Assembly (NCBI GenBank): GCA_047967505.1 | Contig: CM106538.1 | DNA length: 64,000 nucleotides | DNA from: Dipteris shenzhenensis | Taxonomy: Eukaryota | Reading direction: 5' to 3' (one strand) | In this document: positions 11,766 to 25,004 of the stretch, one piece after another | Layout of the letters: each line of letters begins with the position of its first letter | Numbering within the stretch: position 1 is the first letter of the stretch | Notes under the pieces: model-generated | Database searches by the model: none | What the model was told of the DNA's origin: nothing | Seen by the model: only the letters and a program-made list of their open reading frames with translations | Program-made: the position numbers and the translations under genes

Positions 11766-12434
11766 ATATGGCATTTCCCACAACATCAAAGGAATTTGGT
11801 TTATCTCTATACCAATATGCAAAGAAAAGCTCCAACACATAGATCTATGTCATAGTGGTTGGTGATCTTGGAATTAACCATGGTCGTCTTGCTTAAAACC
11901 AATCACGTTTTTTGAGGTAGGTCCAAGTATAGATATTGACAGAGCTCTTTGGTTGAAGGATGTTCTATGAGTCCTGAGTAGCAAAGCAATTACACAAAGA
12001 CTCAACAATTGATGCACTAAATAAGAAGCTGGTGAGTAAAGGATGCGCTAAATAAAAACTAGCTTAATAGATGTGAAGCATCCTTGGCTTTTTCTTTTGC
12101 AATAGCAGCATGAAGCCACACGTATTGAAGTGCTAAACTCTTGTTTTCACTGATGACCTAATAGAAAGAAGAAATTTCTTTCATATGATAGAAAACCTTT
12201 TGTCCAAGTGATTTTCCCAATCAACTTTCTCATCTGTAGAATGTATATAATTATCATGTAAAAGCATGGAGATTGGGCTATCTTACTCTTAATGACAAGA
12301 TTGAGACTCTACTTGTCATCAATTAGATAAGATCTTCATCCCTAAATATTGACTGTGCTTGCAAAAATGATCCGACGCGCTTGGTTTTTGTGGATATGAC
12401 CGGCGTGCGTTGCGTCTCCTCTTCATCTAAATTT

Positions 12435-12567
12435 TGTTGAGAGAGAAGAAGAAGAGTTGATAGACACACCAAATAGACTCCCAAAGACTGATTCATATTG
12501 ATCACTAGTTACATTTATATAGGTGAGACCTAGTTCAAGTTAGGACAAGCTATATGTAGCTCTAACA
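12435..12567 (-). repeat. Copia 3' LTR
   Basis: TGTTGA...CTAACA; about 10 substitutions and a 2-bp indel versus the 5' LTR by eye. Confidence 0.92.
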
Positions 12568-12849
12568 CCCCCACTCAAACAAAGGTCTCTAGCTACGGAT
12601 GAAAAAGCCATTGGGGAGCACAAGGGAAAAGCCCGAGCTCCTATATACAAGTATTTACAAGTACGTAATGCAAATGTGCATTTATATACAAAAGGTCATC
12701 CATAGGTGTGTTAATCTTAGAAGAGAGAAGCTGTAAGAACTCCAAGTTCTGATCATAGCACTTTGAAGCGTGCCTTACTAAGTCCTTTAGTGAGAACAAG
12801 TATGTAATGCAAATGTGCATTTATATACAAAAGGTCACCCATAGGTGTG

Positions 12850-14596
12850 TTAATCTTGGAAGAGAGAAGCTGCAAGAACTCCAAGTTCTGATCGTAGCAC
12901 TGTGAAGCGTGCCTCACTAAGTCCTTTAGTGAGAATATCTGCAATCATCTGAGAAGTAGGACAATGTTCAATCATTATCATCCCTTTCTTCACTTCATGT
13001 TTGACATAATGGTAATGAACAGCAATATGTTTGGATTTGTTGTGCTGAACATAGTCTTTAGCCAGACTTGTGGAACTTTGATTATCACATCTGAGAGGAG
13101 TACTGGATGATGGAGGATGACCAATATCTGCAAGCAATTGTCGTAGCCAAACCAATTCTCGAGCTGCTAGAGAAGTCGCTATATACTCAAATTGTGTGGT
13201 AGAAACAACAACACAACGTTGCTTCTTACTTGCCCAAGAGACCAAGCAACCATTGATAAAGAAGCAATTACCACTTGTAGACCGCATAGAGAAGTGAGAG
13301 CTTGCCCAGTCTACATCTGTATATCCCAAAAGATCAAGAGACATCATAGAAGATGATTTTGTATGATGTCGATAAACTAATCCAAAATCAAAAGTGCCTT
13401 TCAAATACTTTAGAACACGTTTTGCTGCAGACCAATGTTCCATTGAGGGAGTAGCCAGATATTGTCCTAGAAAATTGGCAGTAGAAAGAATATCTGGTCG
13501 AGTGTTCAAACCGACAAATTGTAGGCAACCAACAAGATTGGCATAGGGTTGATGTGAAACCTCAACATCATGAGTCAATCGAGTATTTTTCGATAGAGCT
13601 CACAAGACAAGGAGTGGTTGCAAAGTGAGCATTCGTCAAGCCAAACTTTTGAACTGCATCTTGAATGAATTTTGTTTGTCAAAGTAGCAGAATTCCCTTG
13701 TGACAAAATCACTGAACTTGAATACCAAGACATGAATGAATGTGACCAAGATCAACCATATCAAATGCTAAGGATAAGATTTATTTGACATGTTGCAAGA
13801 AATCGAGATTGTTGGAAACAAGTACGGTGTCATCCACATAAAGAGCAAGAATGACAAAAAGAGCACCATCACATTTGGCATATAAGTTGGGGTCAGAGAA
13901 ACAAGAGTTGAAACCTTGAGATGTTAGAAACTGATCAATTTTCATGTATGGGAAGCTTGTTTTAGACCAGAAGAGCATGATGAAGGTGAAAAACAAGATG
14001 GTCCTTACTGGGAAGTATGAACCCTTCTGGTTGCTCCATATAAATCTCCTCTTTAAGATCTCCATTAAGAAAAGTAGTTTTCACATCCATTTGATGAATC
14101 TCCAAATCAAATTGAGTAGCAAAAGCCAAGAGTACCCGAACACTTAATGTGCTACGAACAATGGGTGAAAAAGTATCATGATAATCAACTCCTGCAATTT
14201 GTGATTATCCTTTTGGAACCAGACGAGCTTTAAACTTGTCAAAAGAACCATTAGCTTTAGTTTTACTTTTATAAACCCACTTATATTTGATAGGAGTGTG
14301 ACCAGGAGGTTGTCCAATAAGAACCCATGTACCTTTAGAGATCAAAGAATCATATTCAGCTTCCATTGACTCTTTTGTGCAGAAGAGATAGCTTCTGTAT
14401 AAGTAGTAGGGTCTTCATGAGCAACGATTGCATGGTCAATGGTTTCAAAGTCATCAACACAATCATGCGTAGAACCATGTTCAAAATCAATAGGCAGATC
14501 AACATAAATATCAACACTATCATTAGAGGCCTGTGTATGTGTAGGATGCAAATCAAGATTGTCAACACATTGCTCTGCAGATGGAGTAGCAGTGAT
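12850..14596 (-). pseudogene. Copia pol: reverse transcriptase and RNase H (frameshifted)
   Basis: LALYVDD (RT), TRPDI, GYTDVDWA, CDNQS, KSKHIAVHYHYV, MIADILTKGL motifs in ORFs 12850-13578 and 13781-14065. Confidence 0.92.
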
Positions 14597-15130
14597 CACA
14601 ACAAGACAAAGCACCCATAGATGCACACACAGATGCATTTACTGAACTAAATAAAAAACTTACGGGTGTGTCTATTTGCGCGTCTGGAGACCCGCATCTA
14701 TCAGCACGTCTATATAACAGATACATGCGTGTATAGATGCACATTTAGATGCCTAAATAGATGCTTTTATAAACCCGTTTATAAACGCCAAATTAGACGC
14801 TTGTCGAACAGACAAACGTGTTTATAGACGCACTCATAGACGCGCTTTATTATTATTTTTTTAAAATTTACAGAATGCATTTTAATTACAATTCCTAATA
14901 AAACATTACAACTCCAAAACGTAATAAAATTGAAAGCTCATGAAGTGCTTGTATATACATATAGCACGAAGCTAAGCCACGTCATGTGGCTTCAAGTACA
15001 AAAAATAAGGAAGCTAAGCCACATCATGTGGCTTCAAGTACAAAAAATAAGAGGAGTGTATATACAAGAGGAACGAAGCCAAGCCAATGGCTTTAAGTAC
15101 AAAAAAGAGTAGCTAGCACTACTTCTACGA

Positions 15131-16567
15131 CTAATCTATGTTCTTGAAGTCCTCGCTCCCTTCCACGCTCCCTTCTGCGCTCCCTTCTGCACCTCCTTCC
15201 TTGTCTTTCTCGTCGTCTTGTGCACGGGCCTATAAACAAGGGACAACATATATCAATGTATGAAAAATCAAATCTTTACTTATAATTTTGGCATTATTTA
15301 ATTACTTTCAAATACCTCGGGGGCCGCTCCAGTAGCTCGGGTATACTGCTCCTCAGTAATCATCCCGTCATCATAGAAGTGCCTCCATGTATCTCCTCTG
15401 TGATGGTGATGGTGGTAGGCTATCTCCACAGGAGTAGGGTATCTACCCACAATCTCAAGCTGCAAGAGGGATTAGTACAAAGAAACAACCTCCGAATAAA
15501 CTACATAAGCAATATAATTTGAGATTGATACTTACAAATTGGGCCTCCCATGATTCAACACCCCCTGCTCCAAAATGCATGCTTCCATATTCCTCCATCT
15601 GGATCCTTCATGCCTCCACATGCTGCAGACTGGGGTCCTCCCTCGCTAACTTCACTACTTTCTTCCACTCATGCTTGTGAGTGTGGGGCGGGCCCCTTGG
15701 TGGTTGACCTCCCTCAAGCCTGGCAAGCTCCGCTAGTGCCTACCTCTTAAGTGAAGATCTTTTATTGCCAAGTATTGTAACAATCTTTGACTTGGCCTAT
15801 TTTTCTGTGAACTGGCAATTGGGGGGGTTAGGATACCCAGAGCGAACAACAATGATGGTCTCATCAGCCAACCTCTTTGGCTGGTCTTTGAAGTGGATAA
15901 AGCAATCTCTGTAATTGTTAGCAATTACAGAGCGCATGAAGGCCATGATATCATTCCCCCGCGCATCCATCAAGATGCCTCCTGTCTGAGTGATGTCATA
16001 GAATATCGTACCATCACCCGGAGGCACGTCTGAATCATCATCGTCCCTACCGCCACCCCTCCCAAAGCATTGTGCCATGCATCGCCCACCACTCTCCCTG
16101 CTACTACGCCTGCTACCGTGTCGTGTCAAGCTCGTACGCTAGCCACTCGTAGCTGGAGACTGCATGGGACTATGCTGACCACTCGTAGCTGGAGAACCCA
16201 GTCTCGACCGCACAGGAGTACGTGGACGGCTCTGCAAGACAAAAGGGCCTCCTGACGGCATGGGGGAAGGGGCATAAGACGGCATGATAGAAGGGGCATA
16301 AGTTGGCATGGGGGAAGGGGCATAAGATGGCATGGGGGAAGGGGCATAAGAAGGGGCATAAGACGGCTGTGCTGACTCCGCTGGGGTGATCTCAACAGGT
16401 GTGGGGTGGTTTTTAGTCTGTAGTGCCGACTCCTGGGGAGTGTTTAGAGTACCCGCCATATACCCGTATAACTCCGCAGGACTAGGAGGGTGCCCTAAAA
16501 GGTTATATAAGTCCTTCCAAATAGAATCCCGAGAATCAGGTGAGCCGGAAGTACTTCCTAGCCACAT
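15131..16567 (-). pseudogene. Family B second gene (TnpA/Ptta-like), B1 copy
   Basis: PSYAPSPM repeats, FYDITQ.GGILMDARG, YPNPPN, HFGAGG motifs; stops and frameshifts. Confidence 0.72.
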
Positions 16568-17456
16568 GTTGAACTGGAAAAAAGAAAAAAAATATATTAT
16601 TGATGAGCTGTGAAGAAAGGGGAAGGGAAAAGAGAATCGGATTACTGTCGAAGCGCATCTATAGACGCATCTAATTAACGTGTCTATTTTCATGTATAAT
16701 AGCACGTCTATAGACGTGACTGCCTATGTCTACAAATAGCCTAGACGCGCATTTAGATGCGCCTATAGACGCAGTTTTAGACGTGCTCTAAGACGCGTCT
16801 ATAGATGCGCTCCGACAGACGCTCTTTTCTAAAAAGTAGAAAAGGACATTGCGCCCGACACACAAACATGACACTGATACCCATATCATGCATTTTTTGG
16901 ATAGGAGGAAGTACAAATCTAAAGAGAGTTGGATACGAGAAAGTACAAATCCAAAGAGAGCAAACTTCCAAAAAAGATCAACTGCAAAAAGACTTACCTT
17001 GAATAGAGGTATGGAAGGTTCTTCTCTTTTTTCAAAGTTGTAGCTTCTCCTCCTTGTTCGCCCTCCTCTCCTTTAAGCTTGGAAGTAAGTGTGGGTGCCT
17101 TCCTCTTGAGTGTAAGCTTGGAAGCAAGTGTAGGTGCCCTCCTCTTAAGCGTCGAAACTGTGGATCAACTAATAACAAAACAAGCAAGCCGCGTGAAGTA
17201 TAAGTAGTGTCAAGAAAAGCAAAGCGTGCTAAAAGCAGGTTTAAAAGCCACATCTATAGATGCATCTAATAGCGCGTCTATAAGCGTGTCTGTATACACA
17301 GAGTAGACGCGGTTTTAGATGCGGTTGTAAATGCACTTTTAAACGCGGTTTTAGACGCGAACCACAGGACAAACAGATGCTCTTTTAGACGCGCCACAGA
17401 GTTTGAGGGGAAACATTTGAAGAAGAGCAAATTTTTTTGGGTTGTTTGTTTGTAGG

Positions 17457-20400
17457 ATGTCTTCATCTTCAATAAGTAGCTCCAGTGAGGATGAATTCCT
17501 CCGTATCCACCATCGCGAAATGTGGTTGGAGCAAAAAATCAAATGTATGTGTGATCGATGTCGAGGAAACAGGTATCGTGCATGCAGGATTACACTCAAT
17601 CACATCTCAAAGTATGGAGAATGGGATGCAACCGTAAACATGGTAAGTGTTAAAGAGTTAAGGTTGATTGAGATACCTATGGGTGTTCATATGTTTGAGT
17701 TATGATCCCGTTTTAATTTGATATAGGATGTAGTGCCACACCCACATATGTTGCCCTATGCTCACCGTGAGAAGGCAAAGCGTCGGTGATATGAGGTGGG
17801 ATCTTCAGGAGGGACCGTTACGGATGCATGGAGTGATGGTGATAGTAGCCCTCTGCCATTACCTCATGAAGCCATGGAGGAGGAGGTGTTTGATGATATG
17901 GTGCGGGATTTATATGTCCATCAAGGGAGGGATGATAGCATGGAGCAGGATGATCTTTTTACTGCATCATCGAATCCACTATTTGAGGGGTGCACATTCT
18001 CTATTCTATGTGCCTCCTTTGAATTACTAAACTTGCAAACCATCTATGGATGGAGCAATGCAAGTTTGAATGCATTACTCAGGTAAGCTTTTGCAAACAT
18101 GGTGAATTATGCTGGTGGGTCAATTACTCGAATGCTTTTCCTCATTTATGGTCTTCACGTGCAGGCTATTGTGTAAAATGATTCCAAGGGAGAATAAATT
18201 ACCGACCTCAAGAGATATGGCAAGGCAACATGAGACCTCTCTTGGAGGATTAGATTACAAGCGCATCCATGCATGTGTCAACGATTGCGTTTTGTTTCGT
18301 GGACTACATAAGGATGCAAGAGAGTGTCCTACTTGTGGAGAGGCAAGATATAGAGTAGATCTCAAAACTTTGGACGTGCCTCGTAAGGTTCTGCTACATT
18401 TTCCCATAATCCCTCGCATCCAACATATGTTCAAGTGCAAATTTATTGCAGAGCTCATGTCATAGCATTCCTCCCATTGATCAACCAATGGCAAGTGGAG
18501 AACTCCCGCGGACTCTCCTGCGTGGAAGCATATTGAAGACACATGGCCAAGCTTCGAGGAAGAACCTAGGAGCTTCAGACTTGGATTGGGTGTGGATGGT
18601 GTGAACCCATTTGGTCTCAAAAGTGCCTCTTACAGTGTATGGCCAATGATATTGGTGAATTATAATCTTCCACCCTCTATGGCTATTAAGAAAGGACATG
18701 TTATGCTGTCCCTTCTAATTCTAGAGAAACATAAAGTCAAAAACCCTGATGTTTATTTGGATCCTTTGATTGACGAGCTAGAGATACTTTGGAGAGGTAT
18801 TGAGGTGCATGATGTGAGTAGGCCTTCCTCGTCACGAGACTTCAACTGCAAAGCAGTCTTGATGTGGACGATTCATGACTTCCCAGGCTATGGCGAGTGT
18901 TCAGGTAAGCATTGCACTTCTAATTATGAATAGGCAAAGGATGTGGCACCCTGACCCGCCTTCAACTCTTAATTGCATCTATTGTTCAGGTCTCAATACA
19001 TCTGGTTACCATGCATGTCCTGTTTGTGGTCCTTCCCTAGTTGCCTCACGGGCAGACGCATTGAATAAGGTCATCTATGAGAATCATCATCGATTTCTCC
19101 CACCTGATCATCCTAGATATGTTGCCCCTTGGAATGAAGTCCTCCCACAATCACTCACGGCGGGAGATTGGATGAGAATTTGGGATGGTTCCACGACTCC
19201 TCCACCACTTGGCATGAGCCGATAAGGGTTTCTAACTATTATGTGCTATATTGGCTGGAAATAAAGATTGCCCGCTAACACTTTATTTTGTTTAGATACT
19301 CCATCTTTTATCGTTTACCATATTGGTCCCACCTCAAGATCAATCACCTGCTTGATCCCATGCATATCTTCAAGAATGTGGCATCTACCATTTGGGAGCA
19401 TTTGAATGGGACACGAGATTCCGCAAGCATAAGGGAGGATCTACGTACCACAGGGAGGATGCGTGAAGCTTGGCCACAAGAGAGACCAAATGGGCATGTT
19501 TTTTACCTTGTGCACTGTGGATGTTATCAAAGCTAGAGATGGCGACGGTGAATACTACAATTCATACTCCCACTGGATGCATGAGGTGTTTGAAGGGAGG
19601 CTTTACAAAGAGCAAGAAAAGAGGTGTAGAGAAATTATATGGCTTGAAATCTCATGATTGGCACAAGATGATCCAAGTAAGTATTTTATGTGCATAATAT
19701 CTTTTTTCTTCCAAATGTGTGAGCAAATAATTATAAGCAACTAATCAACCACCTTCTCGTGGGTTCAGTTCATACTACCTACTAGCATTTCACGTAGTGC
19801 ATTGAAGGACGTGAAAGATTGTATTTACAAGATGGGTGACTTGTGAGGTACTTTACATGATACAAAATATGATGCGTATCAATGCTCCATGCAAGTTTGA
19901 ATGCATATTGCTAATATGGTGTACTTTTTTATTTCTAGGTATGTGAGCTCAAAGGAAATAGATCCCACCACGCTTGAGAATGCTCGAGTTATGTCAGTGG
20001 AGGTGGTTTGTTTAGTGGAGGAGACATTTCCACGTTCTATTCTCACAAGCCAACTACATCTTATAGTGCATTTGGTGGATGAGATTGTTATATGCAGTAC
20101 TATACATGCACAATGGTTGTTCTTCCTCGAGCGCTTCATGAAGACCTTGAAGGGCTTTGTGAGACAAAATGCAAGACCCGAAGGTAGCATGGCTGAGGGT
20201 TGGTTGGTACAAGAGTCACTTGTATATATTTCTGAGTTTCTTGTTGATGTGGATAGCTCTCTCCCACGACTATGGACTAGAGATGATGAAGACCTAAGGA
20301 TGACCTCTATTGTGCCTCAAGGGAAAGGATGCAACAAAGCAATAGACACGGAGTTGCATAATAGTATCAACCTCTTTTGCGTGCTTAATAGTGATGTGAT

Positions 20401-21492
20401 GAAAAGATGGGTGACAAGATACGAGGATGCAAAGGCAAGAAGACAAGAAGAAAGGGCCCTCTTTCGTACACACCACGGATCTCGTGTGCCATACCCTCAG
20501 TATCTAAGAGCACTTCCAAAGGATATTCATGTGGATTGGCTACTTGATGAAATGGAGAAAGTAGAGAAAGACGAGGGGATGCATATCGCAATGGAAGAAT
20601 GGGAGTATGCTAGGGGATGCATGAGCAAGGTCAGTATATAGAATGTTATGCATAAGTTAGGAGCTTTCAATAATTTAGATTGCTTATTTAATTGATTTTT
20701 TCTTGGTGTAGTGCACTATGTTCAATGCTATATATGGTGTGAGGGCAAGCATTTTCGAACACAACGGATTGATGATTAGAGAAACACACAAGATTGCGGC
20801 ATCATTGCTAGCTTTGAGGGAGCCAATGGAGCCATGGATGATTATTGTGGCATAATCCAAGATATTATTAAGCTTGACTTTCGACGCTTCTTTGTGTATG
20901 TTTTGGATATAAAGTGGTTTAAGGACGTGGTGAAAAGAGGCCCTAATGCAACAATCAAACGCCATGCAAGTGGCTTTGTAACTATTGACTCCAAAAAGTT
21001 TTGGCAAAGTAGAAAGGACACACTAGTACTACCGCAACAATGTGAACAGGTACTGTGCACACATATAAAAATACTCGCTTTTAAATATTTGATGCAAGAA
21101 AAATAACATGATTGTATTTGTGTTTGAATTAGGTTGTCTATCAACCAATGGTGGATAATAATAGATGGTGGCATGTCATACCTATTATGCCACATTCCAA
21201 AGTGATGTATAGTACATTTACTAATATGGAGCATATGGAGGATGATCATGGCCATGGACGTGATGATGACCATGATACGAGAGAGGAGGATGATCATGAG
21301 ATAGGAGATACAGATATTGAGGCCATTACCCGTGAGGACGAGCCTACCATTGGTGATGCTGATTTCGATGAGCACATGAGTAGCACAAGTAGTAGTGGGT
21401 TGAATGTATTTGTAGATCTAAACACTTGTTTGGATTTTGAAGTAGATAGTTTGACAAGGGTTGATCTCATTGAGGATGAGATTGAACCGTAG
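17457..21492 (+). pseudogene. TnpD-like CACTA transposase, B1 copy (multi-exon, nonsense mutations)
   Basis: IHACVNDCVLF, DGVNPF, MWTIHDFPGYG, HLLDPMHIFKN, GLKSHDWH, FFLERFMKTLK, DYCGIIQDII. Premature TAG at 18463 and TGA at 18478. Confidence 0.92.
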
Positions 21493-21963
21493 CCCCATCA
21501 CTGATCTCATTGAGGATGAGATTGTCTCATTCTCCTCACCTCACTTAATTCTTGTATATGTGGGCTTGCAAAAAAACATTGATGTTCTGTTAAAATTATG
21601 TTCTTTGGTAATCATGGGCAATGTTTGGAAAGCAATGATGTACACCAAAATCTCACTTTCTGTATTCTCTGGTTTGCGTCTATCTACGCGTCTAAATGCG
21701 CGTCTAATTCTCAGTGTAAACGCACAAATAAATGCGTTAATACACACGCAAATAGACGCGCTGATAAACGCGATATTAGACAAGCCCATGTTTCTCAGAG
21801 TAGACGTGCAATTAGACGAGTTAATAGACATGCAAATAGATGAGTTGTTAGATGCACATGTAGACGTGCTCGTAATTCCTCTACTAAAGCAACACCTATC
21901 GACGCACCCGCTATTTTGCCCATCTACCAAGCGTGTCTATAGTTGCTTTGTAATGTTGTGGAT

Positions 21964-24213
21964 GCCATCAGATGAACAAGTAGTAATGACATCATAAGTG
22001 GAATCATGATCAAATAAAAAAGGAAAGACAAAAAGTAAGGACTCAGCGTCCTCTGCATCCTCGATAGACCATGTCCCTCCCATTAACTGCTCATTGAATA
22101 TGGCATCACAATTGATTATCACCTTCTTTGAAGAGGGATCATAGAATTTATAACCTTTAAAATTCGGAGAATATCCAATGAATATGACCTTTTTTCCAAG
22201 AAGATCTAGCTTTTTCCGTGTCTCTTTTGGTACATGAATATAAGCAATGCAACCAAAAGTTTGAAAATGTGATATAGAAGGAGTCTCCCCTGTCCAAGCT
22301 GTGATTGGTATCTGACTAGAAGGTACAATTGTAGGAAGATAATTTTGCACAAAGATGGCTGTCAGAAGTTCTTCTGCCCAAAAGCTTTGAGATAATCTAG
22401 AATGAAGGAGCATACACATCACATAGCATCAAGAGAAGTGCGATTCTTACACTCTGCATGAGCATTGTGTTGAGGAGAGCAATAATCATTAAAAAAATTA
22501 GAAATATGTTCTCCACCGTTGTCACTATGAAGGGTCTTGATCTGAAAACTAGTATGAAGTTCTGTAGCAGTTTTATATTGCTTGAATATTGATAAGGCTT
22601 CTGACTTATGTCACAAGAGAAATGCAGTTGTATATCTTGACCAATCGTCAACGAAAGTGATAAAATACCTGTAGAAAGACTTGGATGGAGGAAAAGGTCC
22701 ACATATATTAGTGTGAACAAGATCCAATAAAGCATGTAATGAGTTGAAGTAGATGCATGAAAGGGTTTTCGATGATGCTTGCCAAGAGCACAATATTCAC
22801 AGAGGCCCATGTGAGGACGAGCTGGGAGATTCATACCATCCACAAGATCATGACGATTTATAGCAAGTAGCTTGGCAAAATCCGAATGAACAAAACGATG
22901 ATGCCATAGCTTGCAGTCCAGATCACCAAGGGCTATAACCACATTAGCAATATCATCATTTAAGGAAAGTTGAAAGAGGTTACCATTCCAAGCAGCAACT
23001 GCTATGGTATGTCCATCTTTTTCAATCCGACACTATGTGTGGTCAAAGCCAATAAAGAGACCAAGATCAACAAGTCGTGCAACAAAAAGAAGATTTCTCT
23101 AAAGATCTGGAACATGGAGAACACCTCGCAAGACTCTTGTTGAAGAAAAAGTGCCAAGATATAAATCACCAACACCCATGACTTGACAAGTAATGTCATC
23201 AGTAAGATAAACCAATTTCTTGTGAGGAAGAGCATGATAATTATGTAACCATTAAGATTGATATGTCATATTACCAGTAGCACCAGAATCAAGAATAAAA
23301 GTGGAACCATCTCGAACATGAAGTATCCTTTCTGGAGAGACATCAAAATAGATATGATTTGCCTCTTGATGCGTATGGGCATCTTGTTGTTGAGCAGCAT
23401 ATGCTTGAGTATGTTCATGATCATAACGTCTCTTGTAACACCGAAAGGATGGATGATTTCCGCCACAATATTCGCAAGGAGAATTATTGGATAAGCCGGG
23501 TTGCTAAGTGGTAACACCATGTTCCTCATCATATTACCGAGCCCAACAATCAGAGATAACATGACCATGCTTATCACAGTAAGAACAATGTTTCTCAGGA
23601 TATTTGAGACGAGAAGAATTGCCACCTCTATACAGATGACCACCACGTCCATTATAACTACCACATCCATATTTGGAGAAAGGACGCTTGCGAGCAACAC
23701 AAGCTATCTCTGAATCTGCATCATTCATTGTTATCATGACAGATTCATGACTTTATGATGCTCGCGTCGTTGAGCGTACTCAATCAAAGAAATACATGTT
23801 TTATCAAAATCAATCTCGTTTTTGTTGGAAAGGATGGTAACAATATTATCATATAATGGATCCTGGACTGTGTCGAGAAAATAGGTCACCAATTGATTTT
23901 GTGGAATAGGTGCACCAACAGCAGCAAGTTGATTGACGATATTCTTGAATGAGTCAATATGAGTTGTCATAGGAGCTCCAACTTTGTACAGAGTGCTCAA
24001 AATATTACAAAGATAAAGAATCTCTGTGACAAATTTCTTCTCAAAAGTAGCAACGAGATATTCCCTTATTGCATGAGAAGAAGGAAGGGCAAATACATCC
24101 AGCATAAGAGAATCATGTAAAGCAGATAAAATATACTGACGAGCTGCTTTATCACGAGAATGCCCATCAGCAGAGTCAGATCTCCATTGGTCAAAGAGAG
24201 AGCCTTGAGTCAC
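21964..24213 (-). pseudogene. Copia gag, protease and integrase (frameshifted)
   Basis: Zinc knuckle CSYCDKHGHVISDC, LWHHRFVH/CEYCALGK, LVHTNICGP, FWAE, FGCIAYIHVP, FIGYS motifs. Confidence 0.9.
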
Positions 24214-24713
24214 AAGAGCATGATTCGAAGTTGCATCAACAGGTTGAGATGGGCAAACGAGATCACCAGGAACAGATCATTGGCCAGAAGGAAAGCCGTT
24301 GACAATTATAGATGCGGAGGTATTTTTGGCGAAAAGCACTACGATCATGTCGATCATGAAACCAATACGTTTATCACGAAGCCATGTGATTCTTGGTGAA
24401 AAGCAGTACGAGCGTGCTAATCACGAAACCAAGAAAAAAGTAGTCGTCATGAAAACTGACGTAACTTTCTGCTCCAAAGTCTGATTAGGGTGTTTAAGTA
24501 CTTAGAACGAAGAGCACGATGAGAGCTACGTCTACAAATCAATCTACAATCCATTTGCCACTGATAAATTTCTCAAATTTTCACCAGAAAACCTCTAAAA
24601 AACCACATCAAGTTAGACATGTCAAAATCGACAAGAGAAAATAAGCGATGAGATATTGAAAGCACTATGTAATGAAATCAACAACTAATACTTCTTGTCT
24701 TTCTTCATTATAG

Positions 24714-24959
24714 TTCGGGGGGGTCACTCATCATATGTAACCCTATCACGTGAGTTCAACAGAAGGATATTTTTTATTTCTAAAATTTACAGAAATAAAT
24801 ATACATAAGGGACTATTTAAAATAGTTTTGGAAAAAATTTACAGATTTGTATAGAAAAGGGGTACATTTTATTAATGAAAAATTTATAGATAAGGGATTT
24901 TAGAAATATGCCTTGAATGCATGTGGTATAGAGGGTTTATACATAGTGACCCCCCCAAG
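24714..24959. mobile_element. MITE with (C)TCGGGGGGGTCACT TIRs and 8-bp TSD
   Basis: TSD CATTATAG at 24706-24713 and 24960-24967; empty site in the duplicate at ~55389. Confidence 0.92.
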
Positions 24960-25004
24960 CATTATAGTGCATACAATAGCAACACCTTTGTAGCTCTGAT
25001 ACCA

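Larger units (their letters stand above)
14597..21960 (+). mobile_element. CACTA-superfamily family B copy B1 with CACAA termini, inserted in copia pol
   Basis: TIRs CACAACAAGACAAAGCA / CACAACATTACAAAGCA (rc). 3-bp TSD GAT at 14594-14596 and 21961-21963. Copia sequence resumes on both sides. Confidence 0.93.
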
